Positions 26,989 to 36,581 of a stretch of 64,000 bases of DNA are shown here, piece after piece. Numbering within the stretch: the first letter of the stretch is position 1; every line of letters begins with the position of its first letter. Source of the DNA: Lachnospiraceae bacterium (GTDB lineage Bacteria > Bacillota > Clostridia > Lachnospirales > Lachnospiraceae). The stretch is from assembly GCA_022799755.1 (NCBI GenBank), contig JAAWOU010000005.1, forward strand, positions 6,878 through 70,877. The letters run 5' to 3'. The position numbers and the translations under genes are program-made. The notes under the pieces are model-generated. The model worked only from the letters and a program-made list of their open reading frames with translations. It was not told where the DNA came from and ran no database searches.

Positions 26989-28902
26989 TCACGAATAATA
27001 CTGCATCACATACTGCAGTTCCGTCCTGCCCCGGTATGTATTCTTCCCAAGCTGATAGACTACAGCTATGTCGAATCCTCCCCGTCCCTCATACAGCGCC
27101 TGCTCGCTTCCCTGACCGTATCTTTCCTCCAGAAATGTGCCGAACCGCTCCAGGTCCCCGAAAAAGACCAGCTGCTTTTGGCAGCCGCTCTCTGTCTGCA
27201 CCCGGTATCTGGCACAGGTTTTGTTGGCCCCCATCTTTGTCCCCGCCAGAAACCGCAGATTCTTCTGGGCAAAGAGGGGCTTGGGATTCCCCACGCCGAA
27301 AGGTTCCAAAAGCTCCAGCTCCTCCGCGATTCTTTCATCCGCGTATTCCAGGGGCATGGGCACGTCGATGTGCACCTTTGGTATGAAATCCTCCGCCTCC
27401 AGCTTACAGTCCGCATTCAGGTCCCGCCTGAAATTCTCGATGTCCGCCTCCTGCATGGAGAGCCCGGCCGCCATGGCATGGCCGCCGAATTTTGTAAAAT
27501 ACTGCTTTACCCGGGTCATGGCCTCGTACATGTGGTATCCCTCCACGGAGCGCCCGGAGCCCTTGACCCCCTCCTCCCCTCTGGTCAGAATAAAGACAGG
27601 ATGGTGATATCTCTCCCGGATACGTCCGGCAATGATGCCCGCTAAGCTCTCGTGAACCTCGGGCAGAAATATCACCATGACCTTGTCCTCTTCCATATGC
27701 CGGCCCCGGAGATACCTTTCCGCCTCCTCCACCCCCTGCAGAGTCAGATTCTTGCGGCTGTCATTGAGCTCTTTCAGTTCCCTGGCCGCGTTCATGGCCT
27801 CCGCTTTTGTGGCGCTCTGCAGCAGCTCCAGTGCACGCTTTGCCGTATCCAGCCTGCCGGTGGCGTTCAGGCAGGGCCCTATCACAAAGCCCAGATGATA
27901 GGCGCTCAGTCTCTCCGGCGCGATATCGTTGACCTCCATCAGCGCCCTGAGGCCCTGATTGCGGCTCCGGCGCAGGCGCTCTAAGCCCTCCTTAACCAGA
28001 ATCCGGTTCTCGTCTCTAAGCTCCATCACGTCACAGACCGTGGACAGCGCTGCGAACTCCAGCAGCTCCTCCATGCCCTCGGCCAGAGCCTGGCTGCCGG
28101 TCCGCTCCGCCAGCGCCGCCACCACCTTGTATGCCACCACGCCGCCGCAGATACCCGGAAAAGGATACCGGCACTGCGCCTGTTTCGGATCGATTACCGC
28201 AAAAGCCGGCGGCGGCAGCTCCCGCCGAACCGGCTCTCTGTCACAGGCATCCCTATCCTGTGCCTTTCCCCTTTCGTCTGCCCCTGTAAGCTCCCCCGGG
28301 TTCCTCCCGGACACCGGACCGGCATTTTGCTGCTTTTCTCCGGGAATGCACTCTGCCGGATCGTCTTCCCCAGAGCTGTCCGATGCCTCCGTACAGAAAG
28401 GCACCTCGTGATGGTCCGTGACAATGACCTTGATGCCATAGGAATTGGCCAGCGCAATCTGCGGCGCCGCCGCAATACCGTTGTCACAGGTCACGATCAG
28501 CCCCACCCGGTCCCGGTGCGCCATTTCGATCAGATGGTCGTTGAGCCCATAGCCGTCGTAAATCCGGTGGGGGATCGCCGTATCCACCCGGGCGCCCAGT
28601 ATCTCCAGACCTTTGGTCAGAATATAAGAAGAGCAGATGCCGTCCACATCATAATCCCCGATGACCCGTATCCGTATGCTCTGCTCTATGGCCGCAAGTA
28701 TCTCCTCCACGGCCCTGTCCATGTCCTTTAAAAGCCATGGCGAATAACAGTCGTCCAGAGTCCCCCGCAGGAACTTTCCTACCTCTTCCTCCCCTGTCAG
28801 GTCCCGATTGCGCAGAATCCGCGCCACCACAGGGGTGATGCCGAACCTCCTGGCCCATCCGTCAAAATCCGCTTTTTTCGCCGCCACATACCATCTTTCC
28901 AT
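26989..28902 (-). CDS. recJ: Single-stranded-DNA-specific exonuclease RecJ
   Basis: GDYDVDG, TCDNGI, TDHH, LNATGRL, GSGRS, FGGHAMAAG, LEPFGVGNPKP. Confidence 0.95.
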   Translation of the reverse strand: MERWYVAAKKADFDGWARRFGITPVVARILRNRDLTGEEEVGKFLRGTLDDCYSPWLLKDMDRAVEEILAAIEQSIRIRVIGDYDVDGICSSYILTKGLEILGARVDTAIPHRIYDGYGLNDHLIEMAHRDRVGLIVTCDNGIAAAPQIALANSYGIKVIVTDHHEVPFCTEASDSSGEDDPAECIPGEKQQNAGPVSGRNPGELTGADERGKAQDRDACDREPVRRELPPPAFAVIDPKQAQCRYPFPGICGGVVAYKVVAALAERTGSQALAEGMEELLEFAALSTVCDVMELRDENRILVKEGLERLRRSRNQGLRALMEVNDIAPERLSAYHLGFVIGPCLNATGRLDTAKRALELLQSATKAEAMNAARELKELNDSRKNLTLQGVEEAERYLRGRHMEEDKVMVIFLPEVHESLAGIIAGRIRERYHHPVFILTRGEEGVKGSGRSVEGYHMYEAMTRVKQYFTKFGGHAMAAGLSMQEADIENFRRDLNADCKLEAEDFIPKVHIDVPMPLEYADERIAEELELLEPFGVGNPKPLFAQKNLRFLAGTKMGANKTCARYRVQTESGCQKQLVFFGDLERFGTFLEERYGQGSEQALYEGRGGFDIAVVYQLGKNTYRGRTELQYVMQYYS

Positions 28903-29004
28903 GCCGTTTCCTCTGCTTTATGAATCTTTTCTCCGCGCAAAGGCCGCACCTGATGCCTGCCCCGGCAATCCGATACGGCCTTTGAACACACTCGCTGACA
29001 TGTG

Positions 29005-30126
29005 TCAGCTGTATTTTTCCACTGTTTTTCTCATCAGCTCCCCGGCTTCCTCCATATCCCGCACCAGCTTGAACTGGGTGCGGCACCGATCCAGGTTCTG
29101 ATTCTCTCTGTGAATCTTGAAGTAGGTATCCCCGTTTAAATGATCCGTGAGAAAACGCATGCCGCATTCAAAAGTCATCATCATGGCGCCCACCGGCAGC
29201 ATCCGCTTCTCATTCTCCGAAAGAAGCGACCCGCACTCTCCCAGAAATCCTTTCGTATAGCAGTCAAACAGCTCGATCTCGAAATTGACCTTGCTCAGAT
29301 CCGGTTCGTCCTCTGCCGCATAGGTGGCGCCGAAGCGGATGCTGTCCCCGAAATCATTGACGGAAAGTCCGGGCATCACCGTATCCAAATCAACCACCGC
29401 CAGAGGCTTGCCGGTCTTTTCGTCGAAAAGCACATTGTTGAGCTTCGTATCGTTGTGGGTCACCCGCAGAGGCAGTTCCCCTCTCTCCTGCATGTCTACC
29501 AGTGTGGCTGCAAACTCCCTATGCCCTCGGACAAAGGCGATCTCCTCTGCCACGGAGGCTGCCCTGCCGCAGACGTCCCTTTCCACAGCCGCCTCAAAGT
29601 CCAGATACCGGGATTTGGTATTGTGGAAATTCGGGATGGATTCATAGAGCCGGTCCGCCGGGAAATCCGCCAGCAGCTTTTGGAAATGTCCGAACGCGCA
29701 GGCGCTTAAATAGAATTGTTCCGCATTCTCGCAGGTCTGCATGGTCATGGTGCCGTCGATGAACATGTACACTCTCCAGCAGCCCTCCTCATCCCGATAC
29801 AGGGTCCTGCCGTCCTTGGTGAGGACTACATTCATAGTCTCCCTCTCGGGATCCCCGCCGGCTTTGGCGATCTTCTCCCGCAGGAAATCCGTCACCAGAA
29901 TAATATTCTCCATAAGCGCTTCCGCATTCTTAAACACGGACGTATTGATGCGCTGCAGTATGTAATACTTCTCCCCCGCCGTGGTCTTTATGAGAAAAGT
30001 ATCGTTGATATGGCCTCCGCCATGGCTTACCGCACTCACCGCCCTGCCGTCCAGCTGAAAGCGGTCCGCAATCTCTAAATACCGTTCCATTCTATTATCT
30101 CCTTGTAGGCCTTTGGTTTCAATCAT
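29005..30126 (-). CDS. APH-superfamily phosphotransferase, N-acetylhexosamine 1-kinase (NahK/LnpB)-like
   Basis: GHINDTF, ILQRIN, THNDTKLNN, DLDTVMPG, RFLTDHLNGDTYF. Confidence 0.85.
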   Translation of the reverse strand: MIETKGLQGDNRMERYLEIADRFQLDGRAVSAVSHGGGHINDTFLIKTTAGEKYYILQRINTSVFKNAEALMENIILVTDFLREKIAKAGGDPERETMNVVLTKDGRTLYRDEEGCWRVYMFIDGTMTMQTCENAEQFYLSACAFGHFQKLLADFPADRLYESIPNFHNTKSRYLDFEAAVERDVCGRAASVAEEIAFVRGHREFAATLVDMQERGELPLRVTHNDTKLNNVLFDEKTGKPLAVVDLDTVMPGLSVNDFGDSIRFGATYAAEDEPDLSKVNFEIELFDCYTKGFLGECGSLLSENEKRMLPVGAMMMTFECGMRFLTDHLNGDTYFKIHRENQNLDRCRTQFKLVRDMEEAGELMRKTVEKYS

Positions 30127-30225
30127 CAGTATTTAGTCTACCAATTGTTTCCGCTTTCGTCAAGAACAAAATCGCGGGCGGTGCCAGAATGCGGTGCCGG
30201 AAGAGGATCTCTCCTGGTCTGCCTG

Positions 30226-32052
30226 TTACGGCTCACCGCCATTGCTCAATCCGTTTATCCCATACACCTTAAGCCCCTGGGAGACCATATTTTCGTCCAG
30301 GATCTCCGAGATCCACACACATCCGTCTCCCATGGCAATGCCCTGGTAGTTCACGAACATATTTCCGCAAGGCTCCGTCCACACAGCCTCCAGAAAGGCC
30401 GGATTTCGATCGTCTATAAAATCTGCTCTTATAAAGGCTTCCTCATCCTGGTAGACCGTTCCGTCTATGGTGACGGGAAAGGCAATGGACTCGCACAGCC
30501 CCTGGAAATCCCCGGCCATAATCTGCCTCTTCACCTTTCTGGCAAAACGGTCCACCTCCCAGGCGGACTTGTTCGTAGCCACGGCGTAAATTCCGGCATA
30601 GCTTTCGAGCCCCCTGGATACTTCTTCCATACTGTCTGTGTAATCCTTTAGATACTCTGACAAAGCCTGGTCGTAAAAAAATTCCGCTTTTGTCTCCTCC
30701 TGGGTGTATGCCCGCACCATCCGGGCCGGCACGTCTATGTTGGCTCCCTGTACGCCGGTGTATTCCAGAAGCGCCAGGATATCCGTCCTGCCGTCCTCAT
30801 TGTAGTCCCGGAATGCCACCGACAAAACCTGCCCGAACTGCTGCCCATAGAAGATATTCTCCTCGTTCTCGCCGGGGAACACGTACACAGGCTTTCCCTC
30901 TTTCAAAAGCGCAAAGCGCACATCTCCAAAACAAACCTGCCCTGCCTCATCTTTCCGGTCCCCTACCGGCGCAAAGGACGCAAAAATCACCTCACCCCAG
31001 CCGTCCAGCGTCACGGGAAAGGACTGCTCTGCAATCTGCTTCCCATTCAGGCCGTTCATGGCCGTGTACTCCCCGGCCTTTACGCCGCCCTCCCGGCCCA
31101 GGGCGTAGATATTGTCCGTGGTCAGATTTCTATAGGGAATCTCCAACTGCTTTGCCCCTTTCAGACAGGAGTCCCGCCACTGGTTGTATTCCATGCCGTC
31201 CTTAGGATTTACCAGCTGATAGTCCCCCTCCATGATATAATACACCACGCCGTCCCCGTCTCTGTCAGCCTCCTCGGGAAAAGGATTTCCATTCCAGTCT
31301 TTCTCACTATACCCCTTACTCCATGCATCCACGTAAGCCACAGACACATAGGTATCCGCCTCCGGGTCGTACCGGTGCAGGCTGTAGGGCCAGAAATTCC
31401 CGTCTGCCCCACCGTCGCTGGCCATTCCCTGATTATGGGAGGCTTCCTCCTCTATTATGCCATTGTCGTAATAAGTCAGCAGCGGGAACCCCAGAAACTC
31501 CTGCCGCAGCTCTCCTGTGCCGCTGTCATAGGCGTAAACGGCTTCCACCATTCCTGCCGTATAAGTGGTGGTAAAGGAGATGATCAGTTCCTCCTTTCCA
31601 TCGGAATCCATGTCACAGACCGCGAACTTATTTTTGCTGATGTCCGCATCCTCTGGCTGGAGATCCCCTTGCATTCCCCCTGGAAAATTCTGGTCAAAGT
31701 AAACATTCTCCAGCGCCTTGCTATAGGCCTCGTACATGGCTTTCTCTTCCGGCGACAGGGTTCGAACCGGGCTCTCCTGCCCGCTGCCAGTCCCGTTGCT
31801 GCCTCCGCCATTCTCCTCCGGTGTCCCGGCGCTGCCCTGACCGGCATTTTGTCCCCCATTCTCCCCCGTTTTCCCTAAACTGTCCTCTCCGGCGCCCTGT
31901 CCGTCTCCTCCTTTCGCGGTGCTCCCTGTCTCGTCATTCAGGGAGACTCCCAAATCCTCTAACTGCACCTCCGGGCCCTCCTGACTGCCGCAGCCGCCCA
32001 AAATAGCCGCCGCCAGACAAAAAGCTATCCATCTTTGTATTCTCTTATTCAT
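30226..32052 (-). CDS. Acidic lipoprotein with DxDxDG Ca-binding loops
   Basis: Lipobox LGGC, a Gly-rich linker, and loops DMDSDGKEE, DRDGDG and DYNEDGRTD. Confidence 0.8.
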   Translation of the reverse strand: MNKRIQRWIAFCLAAAILGGCGSQEGPEVQLEDLGVSLNDETGSTAKGGDGQGAGEDSLGKTGENGGQNAGQGSAGTPEENGGGSNGTGSGQESPVRTLSPEEKAMYEAYSKALENVYFDQNFPGGMQGDLQPEDADISKNKFAVCDMDSDGKEELIISFTTTYTAGMVEAVYAYDSGTGELRQEFLGFPLLTYYDNGIIEEEASHNQGMASDGGADGNFWPYSLHRYDPEADTYVSVAYVDAWSKGYSEKDWNGNPFPEEADRDGDGVVYYIMEGDYQLVNPKDGMEYNQWRDSCLKGAKQLEIPYRNLTTDNIYALGREGGVKAGEYTAMNGLNGKQIAEQSFPVTLDGWGEVIFASFAPVGDRKDEAGQVCFGDVRFALLKEGKPVYVFPGENEENIFYGQQFGQVLSVAFRDYNEDGRTDILALLEYTGVQGANIDVPARMVRAYTQEETKAEFFYDQALSEYLKDYTDSMEEVSRGLESYAGIYAVATNKSAWEVDRFARKVKRQIMAGDFQGLCESIAFPVTIDGTVYQDEEAFIRADFIDDRNPAFLEAVWTEPCGNMFVNYQGIAMGDGCVWISEILDENMVSQGLKVYGINGLSNGGEP

Positions 32053-32275
32053 CCGCTCCTCCCCATCCCTCTCGGCAAACCCACTGCTCTATTTTCCACA
32101 CCCCCTGTATTCCTGCCTGTCTCCGGGCTTTCCTCCCACTGCACAGCCAGCAATCTTCCCGTCCGTTTTTCACTTCAGCCCAATCCATTGGCACCTCTTT
32201 TGGGACTCCCCTTGCTTCTTCTCTCAAGTCAGATTCCCGCCAACAGCTTTCTGCCAAATATCCCACAATTTTTCT

Positions 32276-34789
32276 TTAATCCGGACGTTTCTCATAAGGG
32301 CCGTACATGGCGCTCATCTCTCTTGTATGCTCCGAAAGAAAAATCTGATAGTATTTCCCCGATTCCGCTTTTATAACATAGACATCGGTATTGGTCCTTT
32401 CCACGCTCTCCAGCTTCTCGCCCTGCGATAACGGAGACCTCTCAAAGTACCATTCCGCCAGCTGTATGTCCAACATCTCAGCCTGATTATCCGGCTTATT
32501 CCACTGTATCACAGGCGAAAACCACACTGTCCGCTCCGTGCTTACGGTGATCTGTTCAATTATACTCTCGAACCCGGCTTTCGACCCGTACCCCCTGTCA
32601 AAATAGATCAGGGAAGCTTTCAGCTCCTCGGGCGTATTTGCAAAGGAAACATTCCCAAAGCTTGACACGGAAAAGCATGCCTTTTCTATCTTCGTGCCGC
32701 TCCACTCATACAGCTCCCTCAGCGCCTCCTTTGCCCAGTAGACAAAGCGCTGGGGAAGCGCGCCGCCGTAGGCGGTACCATAGTCCCACTCGTCCACCGC
32801 AGGCAGCGTGTACTGCAGTTCGCAGTAGGTCAGATCAAGCTTGGGGAAAAGAGCCCCCGGGGACTGGTTTTCCTCCACATACCGCACCATGTGCAGCAGA
32901 TTCGATTCATCAAAACGATAATATTTCACGCTGCGCTGAACGTCGCCGTCATCGGTGGCGCTCCTTACAAGCCGCGCCTCTTTGTCCACCTCCACATTGG
33001 GAATCATATAGCCCGGGTCAAAGCGCCCCTCCCGGGGATTCCACAGATAACAGTAATACGGGATATTCACCGTCCCGGTCCCGCCCTGAATGCAGAAATC
33101 CTCATAGCCGTCAAAATTCAGATCCGCCACAAGGATTCTGCCGTCCGGCGCGTCGGAAAACAGTTCCCCGTTCTTATCCGCTAAGAACTTCCCCGCCTCC
33201 CGGGAGGGCAGATCCTCCACGGTGCGCAGAGGCTTCGCATACAGCGGCTCTCCCTTTAAGGCATAGGAATACATCTGCCCGTCATCGTTTCTGATATCCT
33301 CCAGAGACCTTGTATACAAGACCCGCACATCCTCGGGACGGATGATCTGAACGGCTTCTTCCTCCCTGTCCTGGATCCGGTTCAGCTGTATCTGGCGGAT
33401 TTTGTACTCTCCGCTTCCTGGAACGGCCTCTCCGCTGACTTTCAGCGCGTATTGTCCTTGGCCGTTTAAGTCAATGGGCACAATGGCACTGCTTTCCGTA
33501 TAAGCATTCTGCGGCTTCTGTCCGTATCCCGGGCCCGCCTCCTCCGGCTCCCTGTCACCGACATATGAATCAAATCCCCCAGCAGGGCTCTCCGCTTCCT
33601 TTCCGCTGACTTTCCCTGTAAAGGTGACCGTGCCGCAAAGGAACGTCAAAAACAGCACCACTGCCATTGCGGCGGCATGCTTCCTGGGCTCCCCCACGAT
33701 GACTAACAGCCTTTCTTTCAGCAGTTTTTTCCCGCTGGACATGGCGGTGGAGAGCTTCCACCCTCTCTGCCATACGCTGCCCCGGGCGCTGAACTCCAGC
33801 AATGCCCTGCCATAGGGAATCCGCGCCTCCTGCCCCAGAAGCTCCAGCGTCCTCTCGTCGCAGGCCAGCTCCCCGTCCTGCTCGGACAAAGCCGCCGCAA
33901 TCCACACAAGAGGATTGTACCAGTGAAGACAAAGGCATGCCGCACGCACTGCCACCCACAGATTGTCATGATGGCGGTAATGGACATTCTCATGGCAGAG
34001 CACATAGCCCAGAGTCTCCGGATGCTCCGCCGCCTCTGTGTTCAGGTATACCGCCGGATGTCTGAGTCCGAACATACAGGGGCTGTCCACCACCGCAGAC
34101 ACATAGACCGGAATCCGGCTCGGGACTTGTGTTTTGTAACGCTTTCTGGACCTGCAGACTCTTTTCCGGTATCTCACGTTCAAAAAAAGGACGCTTCCGG
34201 CGAACAGGACCGCACCCAGAAGCCAGAGATACCGAAGCAGGGAATATCCGCCGCCTTTCCAAAAATCTCCCAAAGTCCCCGTTTTCCTTGACCCGGAGGC
34301 AATTACCCCTGTCTCCCCCTGCGCCGTGTTCCCTTTTACGGCTTCCGGCAGCCATCCGGTGTCCGCGCCATTCTCCTCGCCATACTCCTTGAACAAATCC
34401 GCGCTGTCCGCTTCCTGCGTCTGCCATGCCATGGCAGTCCCGGCCTGCTTAATCAGCGCCCCTGTTCCCCGGTCTGCTCCTGACGGCCCGATATCCGTGT
34501 CCGCGACGGCCCTGTCCCCGCTCTGGAAATCCGCGCCGAGACCATCCGGCCCTGTCCGCCTGTCTCCGGAGCCTGCCCCTGTCTCCTGCTCTGCGGCATC
34601 CTCCGCAAACCGAAAAAGGTTCAGTATGCTTAGGCTGCTCTCCGCAAAGGAAACCGGTACCAGCAGCCGCACCGCCACCACCAGCCACAGAGCGTACCAG
34701 GCCCGCATTGCCAGCTTCCTGCGGAAAAAGTACCGCATGGCAATGACCAGCAAAATCAACACACTTGAAGAAATGATCCACTCAGCCAT
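32276..34789 (-). CDS. M56 family (BlaR1-like) membrane metallopeptidase with a non-penicillin-binding extracellular domain
   Basis: YALWLVVAVRLLVP, SPCMFG, HENVH (HExxH), HWYNPLVW, ELACDE. The C-terminal region contains DLNFDGYED..N.PYYCYLW. Confidence 0.9.
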   Translation of the reverse strand: MAEWIISSSVLILLVIAMRYFFRRKLAMRAWYALWLVVAVRLLVPVSFAESSLSILNLFRFAEDAAEQETGAGSGDRRTGPDGLGADFQSGDRAVADTDIGPSGADRGTGALIKQAGTAMAWQTQEADSADLFKEYGEENGADTGWLPEAVKGNTAQGETGVIASGSRKTGTLGDFWKGGGYSLLRYLWLLGAVLFAGSVLFLNVRYRKRVCRSRKRYKTQVPSRIPVYVSAVVDSPCMFGLRHPAVYLNTEAAEHPETLGYVLCHENVHYRHHDNLWVAVRAACLCLHWYNPLVWIAAALSEQDGELACDERTLELLGQEARIPYGRALLEFSARGSVWQRGWKLSTAMSSGKKLLKERLLVIVGEPRKHAAAMAVVLFLTFLCGTVTFTGKVSGKEAESPAGGFDSYVGDREPEEAGPGYGQKPQNAYTESSAIVPIDLNGQGQYALKVSGEAVPGSGEYKIRQIQLNRIQDREEEAVQIIRPEDVRVLYTRSLEDIRNDDGQMYSYALKGEPLYAKPLRTVEDLPSREAGKFLADKNGELFSDAPDGRILVADLNFDGYEDFCIQGGTGTVNIPYYCYLWNPREGRFDPGYMIPNVEVDKEARLVRSATDDGDVQRSVKYYRFDESNLLHMVRYVEENQSPGALFPKLDLTYCELQYTLPAVDEWDYGTAYGGALPQRFVYWAKEALRELYEWSGTKIEKACFSVSSFGNVSFANTPEELKASLIYFDRGYGSKAGFESIIEQITVSTERTVWFSPVIQWNKPDNQAEMLDIQLAEWYFERSPLSQGEKLESVERTNTDVYVIKAESGKYYQIFLSEHTREMSAMYGPYEKRPD

Positions 34790-35158
34790 TCTGTTCTTCC
34801 TCTGCTCTGTCCAAAATCTGCCGCAACTCCGAAAGCTCCTCTGTAGTCAGCCGCTGCTTCTTGATGAAACTGCTCACCAGCATGCTGGCACTGCCGTGAT
34901 AGACTCTCTTCAGGAAATGGTCCGTCTCTTTCTTCACGGCTGTCTCACGCTCAATCAGGGGCACATAGACCCGCATCCGCCCATTGTCCTCGCAGGCGAT
35001 CAGACCTTTTCCGACATGCGCTTCAGCATGGTCAGCGTGGTGCTTCGGCTCCACCCCACCCGGCCTGCCATATCCGCCACGATTCTGCTGCCCACTTTGG
35101 GGGATTCCTCCCACAGACTCTCCATAATATTCCATTCCGCTTCGCTCAATGCTTTCAT
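34782..35158 (-). pseudogene. BlaI/MecI/CopY family repressor with a single frameshift near 35006-35010
   Basis: MKALSEAEWNIMESLW..WSRSTTLTMLKRMSEK is in one frame and KGLIACEDNGRMRVYVPLI..LSELRQIL is in another. One base is missing at GAAAAGGTCTG. Confidence 0.85.
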
Positions 35159-35266
35159 AGCAACCTCCCTGCCGTTTTCATGGCGGCCCCTGTCTGTCCC
35201 CGGCGTGTACGGCCCTCGTTTCGTCTGTTATTATCCACGGCGGGCTTTCCCGGAAACAGCAGCTTC

Positions 35267-35315
35267 TGTCTACATTGTAAACATATCCTATCACAGCTTG
35301 TCTACAATGTCAACA
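35267..35315 (-). promoter_or_regulatory. Promoter with two BlaI/CopY-type operator dyads
   Basis: Minus strand TTGACA-17 bp-TAGGAT with extended -10 TG. Dyads TGTCTACATTGTAAACA (35267-35283) and TGTCTACAATGTCAACA (35299-35315). Confidence 0.75.
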
Positions 35316-35348
35316 GCTTTTCCGATCAATACCTCCCCACGTTTCCGC

Positions 35349-35481
35349 AGTCTCGGGATTTCCGTGCAAATACCCGCGAAAACAACTGGCGCAACTCCCC
35401 GGGAACTGTAACTCTGAAGTCTCGTAGTTTTATGCACAATGCAAACGAAAACAGCTGGCGGAACTCCCCGTAAAAGTAGCT
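35349..35481 (+). repeat. Two tandem degenerate copies (69-bp period) of the dispersed repeat
   Basis: AGTCTCG...CGAAAACAACTGGCGCAACTCCCCG and AGTCTCG...CGAAAACAGCTGGCGGAACTCCCCG. Confidence 0.8.
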
Positions 35482-35708
35482 TGGGGTCCTCTGTTGTCAT
35501 ACATCAGAAATCGCCGAAGCAGGAAAGCCATATTCGGCTTCCCCGCCCCGGCGGTCTTTTTCTGCCCTCATAAGTTTGTTCAATGATGCAAACATCCGTT
35601 CTTTAATGCAAACGGCTTTCGCAGCATGGCATTTCCCTGCTTCCCTTATCCGTTACCGTTCGCGGCTTCGCCGCTCATGGCAGCTTGATGCACCTGCCGC
35701 CCCATATG

Positions 35709-36581
35709 TCAGTCGTTTGGCCTTTGATAGAAGCGGCCGGCCAGGCTCTCCGTGCGGATCATGTTCACGAAAGCGGCCGGGTCTGTCTCCCGGACCCGGT
35801 TCAGCACCTTGCGCACCTCGTCCCGTCCCACCACGGAATATAGGATGTCGCATTCCTGCTTCATATAGCAGCCCTCCCCTTTGATCAGCGTAGCGTCATG
35901 GTTGGTCATCTGCTTGATGACTTCGTAGACCTCGTTGGGCTTCTTGGTCACGATCAGCAGGGTCTGCTTCTGGTAACGCCTGTGCAGCGCATGCAGTACC
36001 TGGGTGGAGGTAAACTGGAAGATGATGGAATACAGCGCCTTGTCCCATCCGAACAATGCGCCGGCGATTCCCAGGATCACCACATTTCCCGCAAAGATAT
36101 AGTTCCAGGAATCGATATCCATTTTTTCCGACAGAAAAATGGCGATGAAATCCGTTCCCCCTGCCGTAGCTCCTGCCATCAGACAGATGATCATGGCAAG
36201 GGCGTTGAACAGTCCGCCGAACACGGATACCAGCAGCATGTCCGTCGTCACAGCATAGCTGGGGATAATATCCGTGATCAGACCCGACACCACAATCATC
36301 AGACAGGAATACAGGGTAAACTTCTTTCCGATGAATTTAAAGCTTACCACAATGGGGATGGCATTCAGTGTCAGGTTGATCAGGGTAAAGGGCGGCTCAA
36401 TGCCCCACACCAAGTCGCAGATCTCCTGTATGAGCCTGGTAAGACCCGTAAATCCGCCGGGGATCAGACCTCCCGTGCGCACGAATGTCTTCAGGTTCAC
36501 TGCCATGAGCACCGCTGCCAGCATAATCATTATGGATCGTTTTGCGGTATCCAGCATCGCATTTTCCACTTTTGTCTTCAT
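35709..36581 (-). CDS. YitT family membrane protein
   Basis: LIPGGFTG, LNAIP, GATAGGTD, ALYSII and a C-terminal DUF2179-like ETDPAAFV. Confidence 0.9.
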   Translation of the reverse strand: MKTKVENAMLDTAKRSIMIMLAAVLMAVNLKTFVRTGGLIPGGFTGLTRLIQEICDLVWGIEPPFTLINLTLNAIPIVVSFKFIGKKFTLYSCLMIVVSGLITDIIPSYAVTTDMLLVSVFGGLFNALAMIICLMAGATAGGTDFIAIFLSEKMDIDSWNYIFAGNVVILGIAGALFGWDKALYSIIFQFTSTQVLHALHRRYQKQTLLIVTKKPNEVYEVIKQMTNHDATLIKGEGCYMKQECDILYSVVGRDEVRKVLNRVRETDPAAFVNMIRTESLAGRFYQRPND

